A stretch of 64,000 nucleotides of DNA from Octopus sinensis (taxonomy: Eukaryota): NCBI RefSeq assembly GCF_006345805.1, contig NW_021832126.1:310001-374000 (forward strand). Direction: 5' to 3'. Positions 13,360 through 25,442 of this stretch are shown piece by piece; positions within the stretch are counted from its first letter, which is position 1; each line of letters starts with the position of its first letter. A program made the position numbers and the translations under genes. The notes under the pieces are model-generated. The model was not told the DNA's origin, made no database searches, and was given only the letters and a program-made list of their open reading frames with translations.

Positions 13360-13490
13360 TTAATAAATGCTCAATTTGGGATATTTTGCAGAAAGAAATC
13401 GGCTCACCGGGTCCATTACAAGCGTAAATAGCAGTGGAGATAAAGCATCTCTCCATAGAATTTCTCTCGAATTTCTCCGATTATTTTTTT
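13360..13490 (-). mobile_element. Short RT fragment related to the R4-like element
   Basis: DALSPLLFTLVMDPVSRFL parallels GDSMSPLLFVLCLEPLSRVL in the 20664-24122 ORF. Confidence 0.55.
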
Positions 13491-13893
13491 GTCCAGGTTG
13501 AGTTTCAGCTTCCACTGGGTCGAAATCACTTTTACGAACCTGGTGATTCAAGATGGCAGCCCGAAACAGTCTAACACGTGATAAAGAAAGTTATGATCCA
13601 CACTATCAAAACCTTTCTACCAGGAAGTAAACAGATTGTTTCAGTAGGCCAGGTATATACTCTTCCTAATAAAGGCCTGTTGATTATCCTAAACAAGCGA
13701 ATAATATTTCAAATAATCCGTTAATTTATATTTACGCATTTAGTGAGAACTTTATACAGGTTTGGCATGTTTTTTATGGGTCTGAGGTCTTTTGGCAAAT
13801 TCGAGTTAGGCTCCTTTGGGATGAGGTAAGTAATCCCAGTGTAAAACCAATTGTTCGGTATGTACTCTCTTTGCTTACATTTTTTCTTCTATT

Positions 13894-15000
13894 TTGAAGA
13901 AAAAAATATCTCGAATGCTTGTGAACGATTTAAGACTTGGAAAAGAGAAAATAATGTCTACTGATCCTATTTTCTCCAATAAGAAGAGATTATCTAACTT
14001 AACTTATTCTGTTATTGACACCGAACTGTTAACTTGGATGGAATACATTGAGCTTAGAGAAAGGGTTTCTGGACGATAATTCAATTTTGTTAAAAGCAAA
14101 GAACATTGCTAATATTTATGGAATTAAAGAGTTTAAAGCCAGCAATGGACGGCTAAGCAAGTTCAAGATACGGAACAACTTAAAATTGAGAACTTTACAT
14201 GGAGAATCAGGATCTACTGCAGTTGATCAGAAACAAGAAATTGGTGCATTTACTTCTTTGATCTCTGCAAAGATTCAACAATATAATGCTGAAAACATTT
14301 ATAACGCTGATGAAATTGGGATTTTTTTACAAATCTATCTCTTTAAAAAGTGTTTGTCAGAAGGTCCGATATGGACATAAAATCCTTAAAGAACGTTTTT
14401 TTAAGACTACAACAATTCTCCAACCAATGGATCAAGGAATCATTAGATCCTTAAAGGACATTTTAATAAACTTAAATTTGAGTTTATGTTAGAAAAAATT
14501 GAAAATGAAAAAATCCACAGGAAGCTCATAAAAAATTAATTTTAAAAGACGGTTTTCTTTTTACATATTTTGCCTGGAAAAAAAGTAACGACCAAATTAA
14601 TTACAAATTGTTTCGGACATTCAAAATGGATTGAATGTGAAAATCAACTCGAAAAACCAACTGTTGAAATTGATAATTATGATCAAATGGTAAATATCTT
14701 AAAAATATTAGACCCGGTGGATAAAGATAATTTTATTAATCATGAATTTACCTAAATAGATGAAATTGAAGATTACCTTAATATTGCTGGAGATTCTTTC
14801 CCACAAAAATATGACGATGAATATACTCATAATGACGAATCTCATGTGAATTCAGAAGAGGCTTTGAAAATGTTGAAAAGAATAAAGTCATTCTTTTATC
14901 AAAATGAAAATTTTGATATACATTCGTTGGAACTAATCGACACCGTTATTAGAAATATGGCTGAATTAAAAAAAACTATTAAAAATTTTTTAGTTAATTT
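13894..15000 (+). mobile_element. Degenerate pogo/Tigger (CENP-B-like) transposase
   Basis: FKASNGRLSKFKIRNNL, LHGESGS, IYNADEIG, LQPMDQGIIRSLK; several frameshifts and an internal deletion. Confidence 0.85.
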
Positions 15001-15352
15001 TTTCCTTTTAATTTCTTTCGATTCTCTTTGTTTCTTTGCTCAAATATGACTTGGAAGGCTCACTAATGATCGGAAAGTATCGAAAACCGAGATGGTTTCA
15101 AAATTTCAAAGTCAAAAAATTTATTGATTATTTCCATTGCTCTCCAAATTCCATTGCTCGCCATTTTTTCTTCGGTCCTGAAAATGGCGAAGAAAAAAAT
15201 CTGTTTCTCCTACAACGGTTGGTCTTACCGTGGAGCCAGAACACAAATAAATGTAATAAATATGTTTTACTTATATCATAAATAGTTTATTCCTACTGAT
15301 TATTGTGATTTTGTCGAACAGATTTTATAGTTATTCGTGCGTCATTATTAAT

Positions 15353-15779
15353 ATGGGAATTAAATATTTCATTCACCCAAACGGCACTAGTTTCTACCAG
15401 TGCAAGAAATGCCACGTCCCCTTCGCGAATCGCAAGGACATTCAGTCCCGCAGGTTCACGGGAGGCTCCGGGCAGGCCTACTTGTTCAAAAAAGTGGTCA
15501 ACCTCCGATTTGGCGATGTACAGCCATGTCCTCAATGTCATATAGACTAAACAACAAGTCATGCTGACCGGCCTTCACTTGGTCCAGGACGCCTTCTGTC
15601 GCGGGTGCGGGACCAAGATTGGTTGGAGATATGAATTCGCCTTTGAGGAGACTCAACGCTATAAGGAGGATTCGGTCATCCTTGAAAAGGCACTCATCGA
15701 GCACTGCAATGACCCTTTGGACGGAGGATTTCTTTCCTCTTCAAGCACGTCCAATGTTGCCAGTGTCACCTTATTGTAG
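15353..15779 (+). CDS. YPEL5: Yippee-like protein (YPEL5-type)
   Basis: CKKC...SRRFTGGSGQAYLFKKVVN, 28-nt GT-AG intron 15518-15545, MLTGLHLVQDAFCRGCGTKIGWRYEFAFEETQRYKEDSVILE. Confidence 0.88.
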
Positions 15780-16098
15780 ATTTTACATTGATTTTTATTT
15801 TTGTTAATATTTCCAAATCAATTCGAGGGGAACTAATTGCTGGCCAATTGTAGTGATATAATATTGCTAAGAAACGACGAGGCGTATTGCATTTCAGTCA
15901 CTCATACTGCTGTCCGGTTATGACAGACAAACAGGCAAAGGTGATTCTTACTCAACTAATTCGATAACAACTCACTTATGTAATTTGAAAAATGGAAAGT
16001 TTTATATTAAGGCAATTTTAACGCTCTTTTAATGCAAAAAGTCATAAAATCATTATTTATTAAAAATAGTAATCAATTTTATTTCCATATCCATAGTA

Positions 16099-16930
16099 CA
16101 GTCGAACCCCGTCCCAAAAAAAAACCCTCGCTTTTTGGGGCGATTTTATTTTTTAGTAAATTTTTCATCAATAATTTACAAATTTGGAAATTATCAAAAC
16201 CCCACTGGGGCACTTTACTAATTTATTTTAATATTACAGTGCGACCTCGAATTGGGGAAATTTTTCTCCAATTTTGAGGTTTTCCCCCAAAAAAAGGTTT
16301 TTCATTAAATTTAGGTCTCGCATGTTCGATATCTCTCTTAATAATATAACCGAGACGGATAACTACAATTTTTATTTTTTAATAAAAAAATCAGTTAATT
16401 TTAATCGAGTGTTTTGTTTTTTTCGCATCGAACTCATAATATTTGCTTTGAATCTGAATAGATCAAGTACATTTTCCGGAGTCTCTTGCTTAATAACATT
16501 TAGCAGCATTGTGAATGCGCATTCCGCATTGTTTATAACTTGTTGATCATCCAAATGTTCCATAAATTGTTCGCTGCAGTCCTCTTCATCACTACTGTTA
16601 TCATCCCAGAAACTCTCCAAAATCGCATTTTCCACAATATCGGAATTAATCAGACTTTCTTCGATGTCCTCTTTTTCCCGACAGTCATATTCCAAAGCTT
16701 TTTCAAAGCAATGTTGTATTGAAGTGTCTGTAATCTCGTCCCATGCCAATTTCGAACATGAAATAGCATCCAATATTGTGATTCCCTTTATTGCTTCATC
16801 TATTTGCCCTGCAGGATTTTTATCATAGATAATTGTTTTCATAATCCAGTTATTAAAATGATTCTTAAATGCCTTTATTATCCCTTGGTCACATGGCTGA
16901 ATTAAGGAACTTGTATTTTTTGGAAAACTA
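16099..16930 (-). mobile_element. 3' half of a pogo/Tigger element
   Basis: TSSLIQPCDQGIIKAFK, ITILDAI...AWDEITDTSIQHCFEKA, C-terminal KLTDFF; TA+CAGTCGAACC terminus at 16097-16108. Confidence 0.8.
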
Positions 16931-16933
16931 AAT

Positions 16934-17320
16934 CAGGGGTGCGCAAGCTTTTTGGTTTGCGGCCGCATAGCATTTTTTTCCTTCTCTTCCACGGCCGCAC
17001 ATTTTCTGCATTATTTTTTCGATATTAATATAGTAATTTTTTTAATTATTAAAAGTGACCGCATAAGTTGCCCATTGTCATCGAGACCGGATGAGTTCTT
17101 GGACAGGAAATGCTCTCGTCATCAGGGACATCATATTATTAAAATAAATAATTATTTCATGGACAAAAGATAAGAAAAAAGGAAAATTAATTAAAAGAAA
17201 TGTATTATACAAGTTATTCTAATGACGGCCAGGATCTTTGGTATTTTTTGCGAGCTTATTGAAATCCACTAATAGGGTAGATATCATTATACGCAAACAT
17301 GACTCTAAGTTTGCATCCAT
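16934..17320 (-). mobile_element. 3' end of a hAT (Buster/SPIN-like) element
   Basis: CAGGGGTG terminus at 16934 with GCGGCCGCA subterminal repeats; DANLESCLRIMISTLLVDFNKLAK resembles the hAT dimerisation-domain tail (compare LTDTHLSDLLRTSTSRIKPNFDYLV near 63200). Confidence 0.7.
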
Positions 17321-17518
17321 TTTCCACGTTTCCTGAAAATGCCAGAATGGCGTTGTTCGGGATTTGAAAAACTTTAGGAACGTTATCAATGACTAAATTA
17401 TGTAAATAATCATAATAATTTGCACATGATTTCCTGAAGGTCCAATTATTCGAGAATCCCCACTTAAGATAACACCTCCAATGTATCGTATAGCAAGGAT
17501 TGTCGTTTTGCTTTGCAT
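17313..17518 (-). pseudogene. Proteasome-beta-like gene, 5' part (copy B), truncated by the hAT fragment
   Basis: MQSKTTILAIRYIGGVILSGDSRIIGPSGNHVQ|IIDNVPKVFQIPNNAILAFSGNVENG: Thr1, Asp17 and Lys33 equivalents and the FxG motif. The intron donor reads TT instead of GT. Confidence 0.75.
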
Positions 17519-17594
17519 GTTCTATAAAAAATACTCGAAACTATACAGTACAATTGATATGAATATTCAATAATCGCGGCACGCTTCTATACCT

Positions 17595-17765
17595 TTCCAA
17601 GTTCAATATGGGAATTTCCAAATTCAATATGGGATTTCCAAGTTCAGAGTGGGATTTTCCAAATTCAATATGGGATTTCAAGTTCAAAGTGGGATTTTCC
17701 AAATTCAATATGGGATTTCCAAGTTCAAAGTGGGATTTTCCAAATTCAATATGGGATTTCCAAGT
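17595..17765. repeat. Second copy of the 41-bp minisatellite (~8 monomers)
   Basis: Same monomers as 12575-12817; lies ~80-250 bp upstream of the copy B ATG. Confidence 0.95.
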
Positions 17766-17849
17766 TAATTTTAAAATATTTGAAAAAAAATCATGACTCA
17801 TTTATATCAAACGAAAAAATTAAAATGTTACGTCCTTGTAATTTAATAA

Positions 17850-20200
17850 AGAAGGCAATAGTCCTTGGGTAGTATTATCTTCTCTTTTGATTTCCGTAAT
17901 TTCAGTTTTATTCACATTTACGTTGAGGACTCATTTCCCAAGCTCCATAGGTGCATTTTCTAGTAGGTGTTGGAGCGCGGTCACGTCCCGTGATACGAAA
18001 TCCACATTATCGGCATAGGATGCCTCGTCTATGTCTTCCGTATAGCATTTACGAAGGTCGCGGAGTGCAGATTCAAGGTAGATGGTGAATAGTAGGGGGG
18101 AGAGGGAGTCACCCTGGGGTGTCCCAGTCGTTGTTTTGAAACTGCGGGAAGTTGCTCCTTCTGTCCTCACAGATAGTCTTGTGTTCGCAAGTAGTAGTCT
18201 GATTATCCTAACCGATGATTCATCCAGTATTTGCTCAGGCACATTCATCAGTTTCTGTCTGTTTATTAAAGGCTCTGGAGAGATCCATTCCCAGCACGGT
18301 CGTTGTGCTCTTGAATCCTTGGTGCGTTGCGCAGCGCCATCTGTGGCTCCATACAATGTCTGCCGTAGACCTCCCATTTCGGAACCCACTTTGACTCGGT
18401 GATAGGTATTGATCCGCCACACCCTTTATCCGCCTTAGTGCGACGTTTGCCAGCACCTTCCGTATCGAATTCAGGAGTATTATCGGGCGGAGATTTTCTA
18501 CTGGTCCTTTTGGTTTGTTCGGTGTTTGTATGGGTATTAGTAATCCATTTCAAGTCCCAGATCGGTATTAGTTTCGAAAATTTCATTTAGGGTTTTTGCA
18601 ATTGTGTCGCTGAGTTTTTTTGGCCCATATTTTAGGAGCTCGGGGCTTATGTTGTCCGGCCCAGCACTCTTGTTGTTCCTCAGTTTATTTATCGCTAGTT
18701 CCACTTCTTTCGCTGTGATTGGGATTTTTAACGCTTTTGCATCTCCCTGGAAACAGGGAAAGTCTGTGTTTTCTTTATTTAGCAAGGTTTCGAAGTGTCG
18801 TGCGATCAGCTCTGCTTTTTCTTTCGGACTACCCACGAATTTTCCATCTTTGTCTTTAATGTGGAGGATTTTTTGTCCTTTCTTAGTAGTCCGCAGTAGT
18901 CGTAGGGCCGCATATATCCTTGAATTGTCTTTTAGGTATTCCACATCTTTTAGTAGGGATGTAATGATTTCTCGTGAGTATTTTCGGTTCATCTTTTGGA
19001 TTTTGCACTTTTGTTCCCTTTGTTGGATGTTAAGCTCCTTTTTCTTAATCTCGTCTGACGTGTTTGCGGCTTTTAGCCGTACCTCTCTGCGATGCTTTGC
19101 CATATCTGGCACGTTCGGGTGGTGATCCAGTTTTAGGGCACAATGATTTCGGACTCCAAGGCATATACTGGCCGCCTTGGAAATTGCCCGCTTTGTTTGG
19201 TCCCACCGGGTTCGTAATGATAGTTCTGGTGTGGTTTTCTCCATAAGAGTCTCAATTTGCTTGTGATAATTGTCTTTACAAGTGGGCTCCAGCCACAATT
19301 TCTCTGTCTGGAAGTGTATATTTGGCCTTTGTCTCGCCTTCTTCGCGTTTTCAGTGTATTTTTCCCCAGTCAGATGCTTCTTTACGCAGAGTTTTGCGGT
19401 GACCATCCTGTGGTCGCTGTCGGTTGTTGTCCCCTGGTAGGAACGGGCATCGGTTAGCAGGTGTTTATCGGACTTGCGGCAAATAATGTAGTCGATTTGG
19501 TTATATATGTTTACGGTCTCCCCGGCCGAGTTTTTCCTTTGTCCGTGCCAGGTCGTCTTGTGGCGTGCTGAGTGCGTAAAGGTCGTTTTGCACAGGAAGA
19601 GGCTATTTGCCTCACAGAAATTCACCAGAGAGGCTCCAGCTGCATTTCTCCTTCCGCGCTTGTGTCTTCCGATAGAGGATTCTTCGGGCCCCTTTCGCTT
19701 TCCAGCCTTTGCATTCAAGTCTCCCGCAACAAAGACAAGGGACAAAGAGGCATTGTTAGAGTATGTGCTTGATAGTTCTGAGTAGAATTCCTCGAGCTCA
19801 CCAGGGTTCTTGGCTACTCGTCCACAGTGTGGTGCGTAGACATTTATGACAGTTAATAGGCTCTTGGACGGGCATAATTCATTCAGTTTGACTTGTAGAA
19901 CACATATTCGGTCGTTGACTTACCAATAGCGATGTATTTTTTTGGAGTAATCCACGTGCAGGGCAAATCCCATGCCGTAGTGCTTGCATTCGGCTGGGAA
20001 GAGAATCAGTCGGTAATTGCTCCATTTCTCATCGCGTCCATTTACGATTTTCGTTTCTTGTGGGCAGCCGATAGCTATTTTGTATTTCTCAAGATCGTCA
20101 CAAAGTACTTTCCTTGTCCAGTCTTTCGATATCCCACGTACGTTGAACGTCATTAGCCTGAGTTCTCGGTTGTGTAATGAGCGTTTTTCAGACATTTTTC
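17850..20200 (-). mobile_element. RTE-like LINE (APE+RT), frameshifted, 3'-truncated
   Basis: MTFNVRG, QETK, GDLNAK, NQIDYI, DSDH, KSAGPDNI, QSGFR, GTPQGDSLSPLLF, YADN. Confidence 0.88.
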
Positions 20201-20626
20201 TATACAGAGGGACGTCACCACCTCAACCAAAAAATAGGCAAGCAATAGTGAGGCCAAGACCTACAAACAGTCCAATATATACAGTGGGGCAAATAAGTCA
20301 TGGCACACCTATCATTTTTTTTAATTCAATATATTTTTACAATGATAACTTTTTCGATTTAGTTCATCATGCTACACAATAAAATCTTGCATTCTTTTGA
20401 ACCCATTTCGTGCTAATTATATTCATGAATTTCAAATAAATATAATTGTTTTTGCTTCATATTTAGAAAAACGTCAAATTTGATGTGTAAAAAAGTGATG
20501 ACACTATAAAAAAATATGGCTTTTTTTGACAATAAGATACGAATGATTATCTTTTGGTGCCTTGTTTTTTCTTTGAAATAATTGATTCTTAGTTCTATTA
20601 ATATAATTGATTAGTAGATTCCGATT

Positions 20627-23600
20627 TTTATTAAGAAAGAAACTAATTAACTAAGTAATTTTACTAACTAAGTCCAGAGCCTTCGAAGTGAGCAGAAGGC
20701 GGCACTCCACGCACCTCCTCCCCTTCTTCCTCCTCTTCTCTGGCACTGTAGACCTTCGAGAAGGTGCAGTCCAGCGCCTCTTGCTGACTAAACGTCAGGA
20801 AAGGGCTGGATCGGCGAGCATCAAACGAGACACTCTCCAGAGTCCTCTTAAGAACAGTTGACTGTATATAAGCCTGTAGAGACTTATCTACATCCAACTG
20901 TCTTAAGTACCGCTTGTGGTATTTGGTGACCAGTCCATCCCATGTCATCACACACGGGATGACATGGACTTTGCACTGGTGCATCAGTCCTAGCTCGTTT
21001 GCAAGGAGGTCATACTTCCTCCTTTTCTCCACTTCCACTATCTGCAAACGGTCTAGGCACGTGATGCCCACCTCCACGATAACAATCTCCCCGGTGACCT
21101 TATCGTGGACCACAATGTCGGGTCTGTTGTGCTGGACAACAATCGAGGTGCGTATGGGGGTATCCACCTTAATGCACACCCGCGAGTTCTCACACACCGA
21201 TTGAACTCGATGGGTTCGCAACTTTCTGGACCGCCTCAAGCCGTACTTATTGCAGAGCAAAAGATGGAGGGACCTCACCACCTCGTTATGCCTCCATGTG
21301 TAATCATGGTAAAGCATACTCCCGCACTTCGTGGCTAAATGGTCAACGGTCATTGCCTTACTCTTACAGTGGTTACACTGTTTCCGTTGACCATTAAAAA
21401 AGTTTCTATCCTGCAAATATGAGAACAACCCTTCTGATCGGGGAGAGTTATTCCCATATTTCAGCCACGTAGATGACGACGATACGTCAATGTGCGGGTT
21501 GTCCAGGCTGCTAAAGAGAGTCTTGTGAAGGACTTTTAAGTTGATCTTTTTAATTAAAGACTCCTTTTGAAGTTTGATCAACTCCTTCACATTAACTTGG
21601 GTAGCACCTAGACCATACTTAGCCGACACATAGCCTTTTATGGTCCCTAGGTGTGTACCACGCGCTTTTTCAGCAGCAAGGATGGCAGCCTTCCTTTGGG
21701 ATACACTCGACCCACTCCACAAGGTGTCGTGCATCTTAGTAAGAATTCGCTCACTTAAGTGTACGATGTTACTCAGTCCACGTCCTAGCTGCCCGCGAGA
21801 CAAGTACAATCTCTCCTTATTGCTTGCCAACACGTGGACATGATTCTCTCGGAGTACTCTTCGGACAATAAGGTCCATTTCATCGTACTCACTCGGCTCG
21901 AATTCGATCAGGTCAACGTAGTAGTTTAGCAATGAGATGGCATACTCGTTCAAGGCATGAAATAAGTTCCGTGCATTAAGCCGAGTCTTACATAACATTG
22001 CCGCCCTACTACGCACACCCTCCACTACACACTTTCTCGTTTCGGGTGTGATTAATGAGGCTGGACTCTCAACCACACCAAGATACTTATATCCTTGGTG
22101 TTCCTCCAAGACTTTGACTAGGTCACCACACACAGGGGTGTTAGTCGCCGACTTGTTGTAGTTGAGCTCCAACCCCACGGCCTTCATGAAACCTTTCAGG
22201 ACTTTACCCATTGAGTGAAGGATCTCTGAAGACCGAGCGAACAGCTTAATGTCGTCTATGAACATGAGATGGTTGGTGCTAAAACACCCTCCTTCATGTT
22301 CGATCGACATTTGTTCGAATTGGGCAGTGAGGACTCTACTCAGCGGTTCTAGGCAGAGGACGAACAGCAGCGGAGACATGCTGTCGCCCTGTAATATGCC
22401 CCTCTCTAGTTTCACCTCGCCTATATCGCATTTGTTGTAATTTAGATGGACGTTCCACCTGTCCATCACAGTTGCAACAAATTTGATAAACCACATTGGC
22501 AACTTAAGCCTTCGCAGACACTCAACGAGGTAGGCATGATCAACCGAGTCATATGCCTTCTTCACATCCACCCACATTGACACTAGTGAGTTTCCGTGGG
22601 CTCTCGCGAGGCATTTGTTGATCAGTGCCTGCTCCTTAGCTCCCTGGCAATCCCGCCGAGTACCTAACTGGTTCTCGGACAGAATCCCATTCACCTCCAC
22701 GAAATTTCTGACCTCAGTAGCCACCACCTTAGTCATCAACTTGTACAGGTTGGGCATACAGGTTATCGGACGATAATCTGTCGGAGCGGAAGGGTTATCT
22801 ACTTTAGGGATCAAATAAGTGACCCCAGTACATAACCACTCTGGAATCGAGCCAGGGTCTAGTGTAAACTGTTCGATTGCTCGACACATGCAATCATGGA
22901 TAGGTTTGCAATTTTTAATAAAGAAATTATACACTTTATCGACCCCAGGTGTCTTCCAGTCAGAGAGACGGGTTACTGCTTCATCGAACTTCTTGCGGAT
23001 GTCAGGGACACCACAAGACTCGGTCATCAAGGGAGCATCGGGTCCACAAAACGGAAACGACACACCCTTGCGAGGACGTGCTTTCCACATACTCCCCCAT
23101 GTGTCAAGCATTTCGGCCTTTTGCTGGGTACCCTCCTTCGTCTCTCCGTGCAACCGACGATAGAACGACCTGCGATTAAATTCAAACAGGTTGTTCTCCC
23201 GCCTGCGCTGACACCGAGACTCATGAGTTGAGAGCTTCTTCTGATAAACGAGAATCAGCTCCTCCCTCTCTGCCCGGACACGCCTCAACTCGTTGAGGTC
23301 CCATTTGGCAGCTCGTTCCCGACGAAGTAAAGTACGCACCAAGGGGGGAGTCTTGCCCTTGACCCCATTGCTCACATTCAAAATGTGCCCAGTCAGCGCT
23401 TCCAGCTCGGCTTTCCTTGCGGCTACTTTTGCGGCAATGTTTTCTCTCCATCTACTCTTTGGGGCAGGCCTCTGAGTGATTTCATCATAGGTTGTCTGTG
23501 CCGAGTACAAATAAAGAGAAATCTCGTCCATTGTCTCCGGAGGCTCACGCACGATCGCGTAAGCTATGGCACGATTGATGCAACCCATCACGTCACTTCT

Positions 23601-24131
23601 GAGTTGCCACCGAGGTATCTTTCGGGTCACTCTGCGGTCCGCAAGGGGGACAACACGATTCGCAGAGATATGCCTACTAAATATCTCCTTAACCTGCAAG
23701 AGTAGCGATAACTCACTACTCTGGTGCTCGTGTTGTTCAGAACACGGGGGGCATCCTGACGGCGTAACCGCAGCGGCAGTCCTCCCCCGCGAGCCAGGAG
23801 GAGGGGTCTTGGCCAGCTTCTTCAGTGCATCTAACGATAGGTTCGAGCTAAAGCGTCGATTGAAACACTGAAGCAGGGTAGGCCACCCATTTCTGGGCAT
23901 CCTGGAAGCTCTTCCCAACACTTGGGAAAGGGCGGATTTAACCCAGTCCTCCCGGGTCGTGCACTCGATCCCTTCAGCAATGGCAAAGACGATGTTCTTG
24001 CCATCGGACGTCTGTCTCTCCGATGCGGTTGTCCATCCTGCTCTAGGTATATTATTATTAATAATATTGTTAGTTTCTTGTTGTCCAGGTAGAGCACACA
24101 TCGAGATAGTAGCACGTTGCATAACAGACTC
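20627..24131 (-). mobile_element. R4/Dong-like RLE non-LTR retrotransposon
   Basis: Flanked by the 14-bp direct repeat AGTAGATTCCGATT (20613-20626, 24132-24145); visibly more GC-rich than its flanks. Confidence 0.9.
20664..24122 (-). CDS. Intact 1152-aa RT + CCHC + restriction-like endonuclease ORF
   Basis: WKTPGVD, YRPITC, DVKKAYDSV, GILQGDSMSP, FIDD, GRGL, CxxC..H...C, RHN, RPD..E..K. Confidence 0.93.
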   Translation of the reverse strand: MQRATISMCALPGQQETNNIINNNIPRAGWTTASERQTSDGKNIVFAIAEGIECTTREDWVKSALSQVLGRASRMPRNGWPTLLQCFNRRFSSNLSLDALKKLAKTPPPGSRGRTAAAVTPSGCPPCSEQHEHQSSELSLLLQVKEIFSRHISANRVVPLADRRVTRKIPRWQLRSDVMGCINRAIAYAIVREPPETMDEISLYLYSAQTTYDEITQRPAPKSRWRENIAAKVAARKAELEALTGHILNVSNGVKGKTPPLVRTLLRRERAAKWDLNELRRVRAEREELILVYQKKLSTHESRCQRRRENNLFEFNRRSFYRRLHGETKEGTQQKAEMLDTWGSMWKARPRKGVSFPFCGPDAPLMTESCGVPDIRKKFDEAVTRLSDWKTPGVDKVYNFFIKNCKPIHDCMCRAIEQFTLDPGSIPEWLCTGVTYLIPKVDNPSAPTDYRPITCMPNLYKLMTKVVATEVRNFVEVNGILSENQLGTRRDCQGAKEQALINKCLARAHGNSLVSMWVDVKKAYDSVDHAYLVECLRRLKLPMWFIKFVATVMDRWNVHLNYNKCDIGEVKLERGILQGDSMSPLLFVLCLEPLSRVLTAQFEQMSIEHEGGCFSTNHLMFIDDIKLFARSSEILHSMGKVLKGFMKAVGLELNYNKSATNTPVCGDLVKVLEEHQGYKYLGVVESPASLITPETRKCVVEGVRSRAAMLCKTRLNARNLFHALNEYAISLLNYYVDLIEFEPSEYDEMDLIVRRVLRENHVHVLASNKERLYLSRGQLGRGLSNIVHLSERILTKMHDTLWSGSSVSQRKAAILAAEKARGTHLGTIKGYVSAKYGLGATQVNVKELIKLQKESLIKKINLKVLHKTLFSSLDNPHIDVSSSSTWLKYGNNSPRSEGLFSYLQDRNFFNGQRKQCNHCKSKAMTVDHLATKCGSMLYHDYTWRHNEVVRSLHLLLCNKYGLRRSRKLRTHRVQSVCENSRVCIKVDTPIRTSIVVQHNRPDIVVHDKVTGEIVIVEVGITCLDRLQIVEVEKRRKYDLLANELGLMHQCKVHVIPCVMTWDGLVTKYHKRYLRQLDVDKSLQAYIQSTVLKRTLESVSFDARRSSPFLTFSQQEALDCTFSKVYSAREEEEEGEEVRGVPPSAHFEGSGLS

Positions 24132-25151
24132 AGTAGATTCCGATTAGTATAAATATACTTTTATTTTTCGCCTTTTATTAAAATTATCTCGTCGATGAGG
24201 AAAGAGCATTCTTTGGACCTAAAACAACGAGTTGTATCTGCCCACCAAAACGGTAAAAGTTATGGAGAGATTTCTAAATTGTTGATATTACCAAAAAGTA
24301 CTGTTCGAAATATTATTACTCGATGGAAGCAACGCGGAACTGTTATTACTAAACCAAGATCGGGTGCTCCAAAAAAGATATCTCTGCGTTCTTCTTCATT
24401 AATGAAAAGATTAGTTACTTCAAATCCAAAAATAACTCGAAAAGAATTGGCCGATAATTTAAAAATCACAGGAACGTCAGTGTCCCTTCGTACAATCACT
24501 TCTACACTACGCAAAAAAGGTATCAATAAGCAAAGGCCCCGTCGAGTTCCGTTATTAAAGAAAATACACCTTTCAGCGCGAATCCAATATGCAAAAAATC
24601 TTTTGAACAAAGAAAATGAATTCATAAACAATATTTTGTGGTCGGACGAATCAAAAATACAACTTTTCGGACTGAACTACACGCTTTCAATTTGGCGCAA
24701 ATCAAATCAGGCGTATATCCCAAAATGCACCATACCTACCGTAAAGCACGGGGGAGGTAGTATCATGTTGTGGGGTTGTTTTTCATCAACAGGTGTTGGT
24801 GAACTATTTGTAATTGATGGAATGATGAATTCTCTTAAATATTGCGAAATTTTGGAAAAATGTCTTTTACCTTCGGTCGCGAACTTAAATTTGACACAAC
24901 ATTGGCTAAATATTAATTGGATTTCGTGCCATTACTTTTTTCCCTCAGAAAATTGACTTTTAAAAATAAATCGTTAATTAGTGCACTATTAATAATTCCC
25001 TTTAAGATAGTTTTTTTAATAATTTATCTAAAAAGTTCTATATTACTAATTTATTTTTCAAAGTAATGTATTTAATAATTTTTTTGCAAAGAATTGTTAA
25101 ATTTAGTCAAAATTTGCAAAGGTGCCGTGACTTTTTTGCCCCACTGTAAGT

Positions 25152-25442
25152 ATGACAACTGTGGTGACCATACCCTATCTTGGAGGGGTTGTTCTTGCTG
25201 CAGATAGCAGAGCAACCCAAGATGCGAATACTCCCAACGAAAACTGTAATAAATTGTTGAACTAACAAATTAGATAATGACAAGACAAAGAAAATATTTC
25301 AAATTATGATCAACTCGATTATTGGGTTCACGGGGAACATGCACGTATATGAAAAATTGTTCAATGCATGTCGTCTTAATTATTTGTATTTTTGTGATTA
25401 ATTTGTTATTTAGATTCGCCCATAATGTTAATCCATGGGATT
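25152..25442 (+). pseudogene. Proteasome-beta-like gene, 5' part (copy C), interrupted by an RTE insertion
   Basis: MTTVVTIPYLGGVVLAADSRATQD...(28-nt GT-AG intron)...DKTKKIFQIMINSIIGFTGN. Confidence 0.78.

Larger units (their letters stand above)
20282..25146 (+). mobile_element. Tc1 element (family 1) carrying a nested retrotransposon; transposase internally deleted
   Basis: TA|CAGTGGGGCAAATAAGTCATGGCAC ... GTGCCGTGACTTTTTTGCCCCACTG|TA. Transposase from 24195 (WSDESK, PTVKHGGGSIMLWGCF) lacks 294 nt present in the copy at 37188-37481, which holds the 2nd D and the E. Confidence 0.92.

Noticed and set aside
17541-17801. Repetitive ORFs across the minisatellite, and antisense ORFs over genes and TEs
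   Set aside because: By-products of repeat periodicity or of opposite-strand coding.
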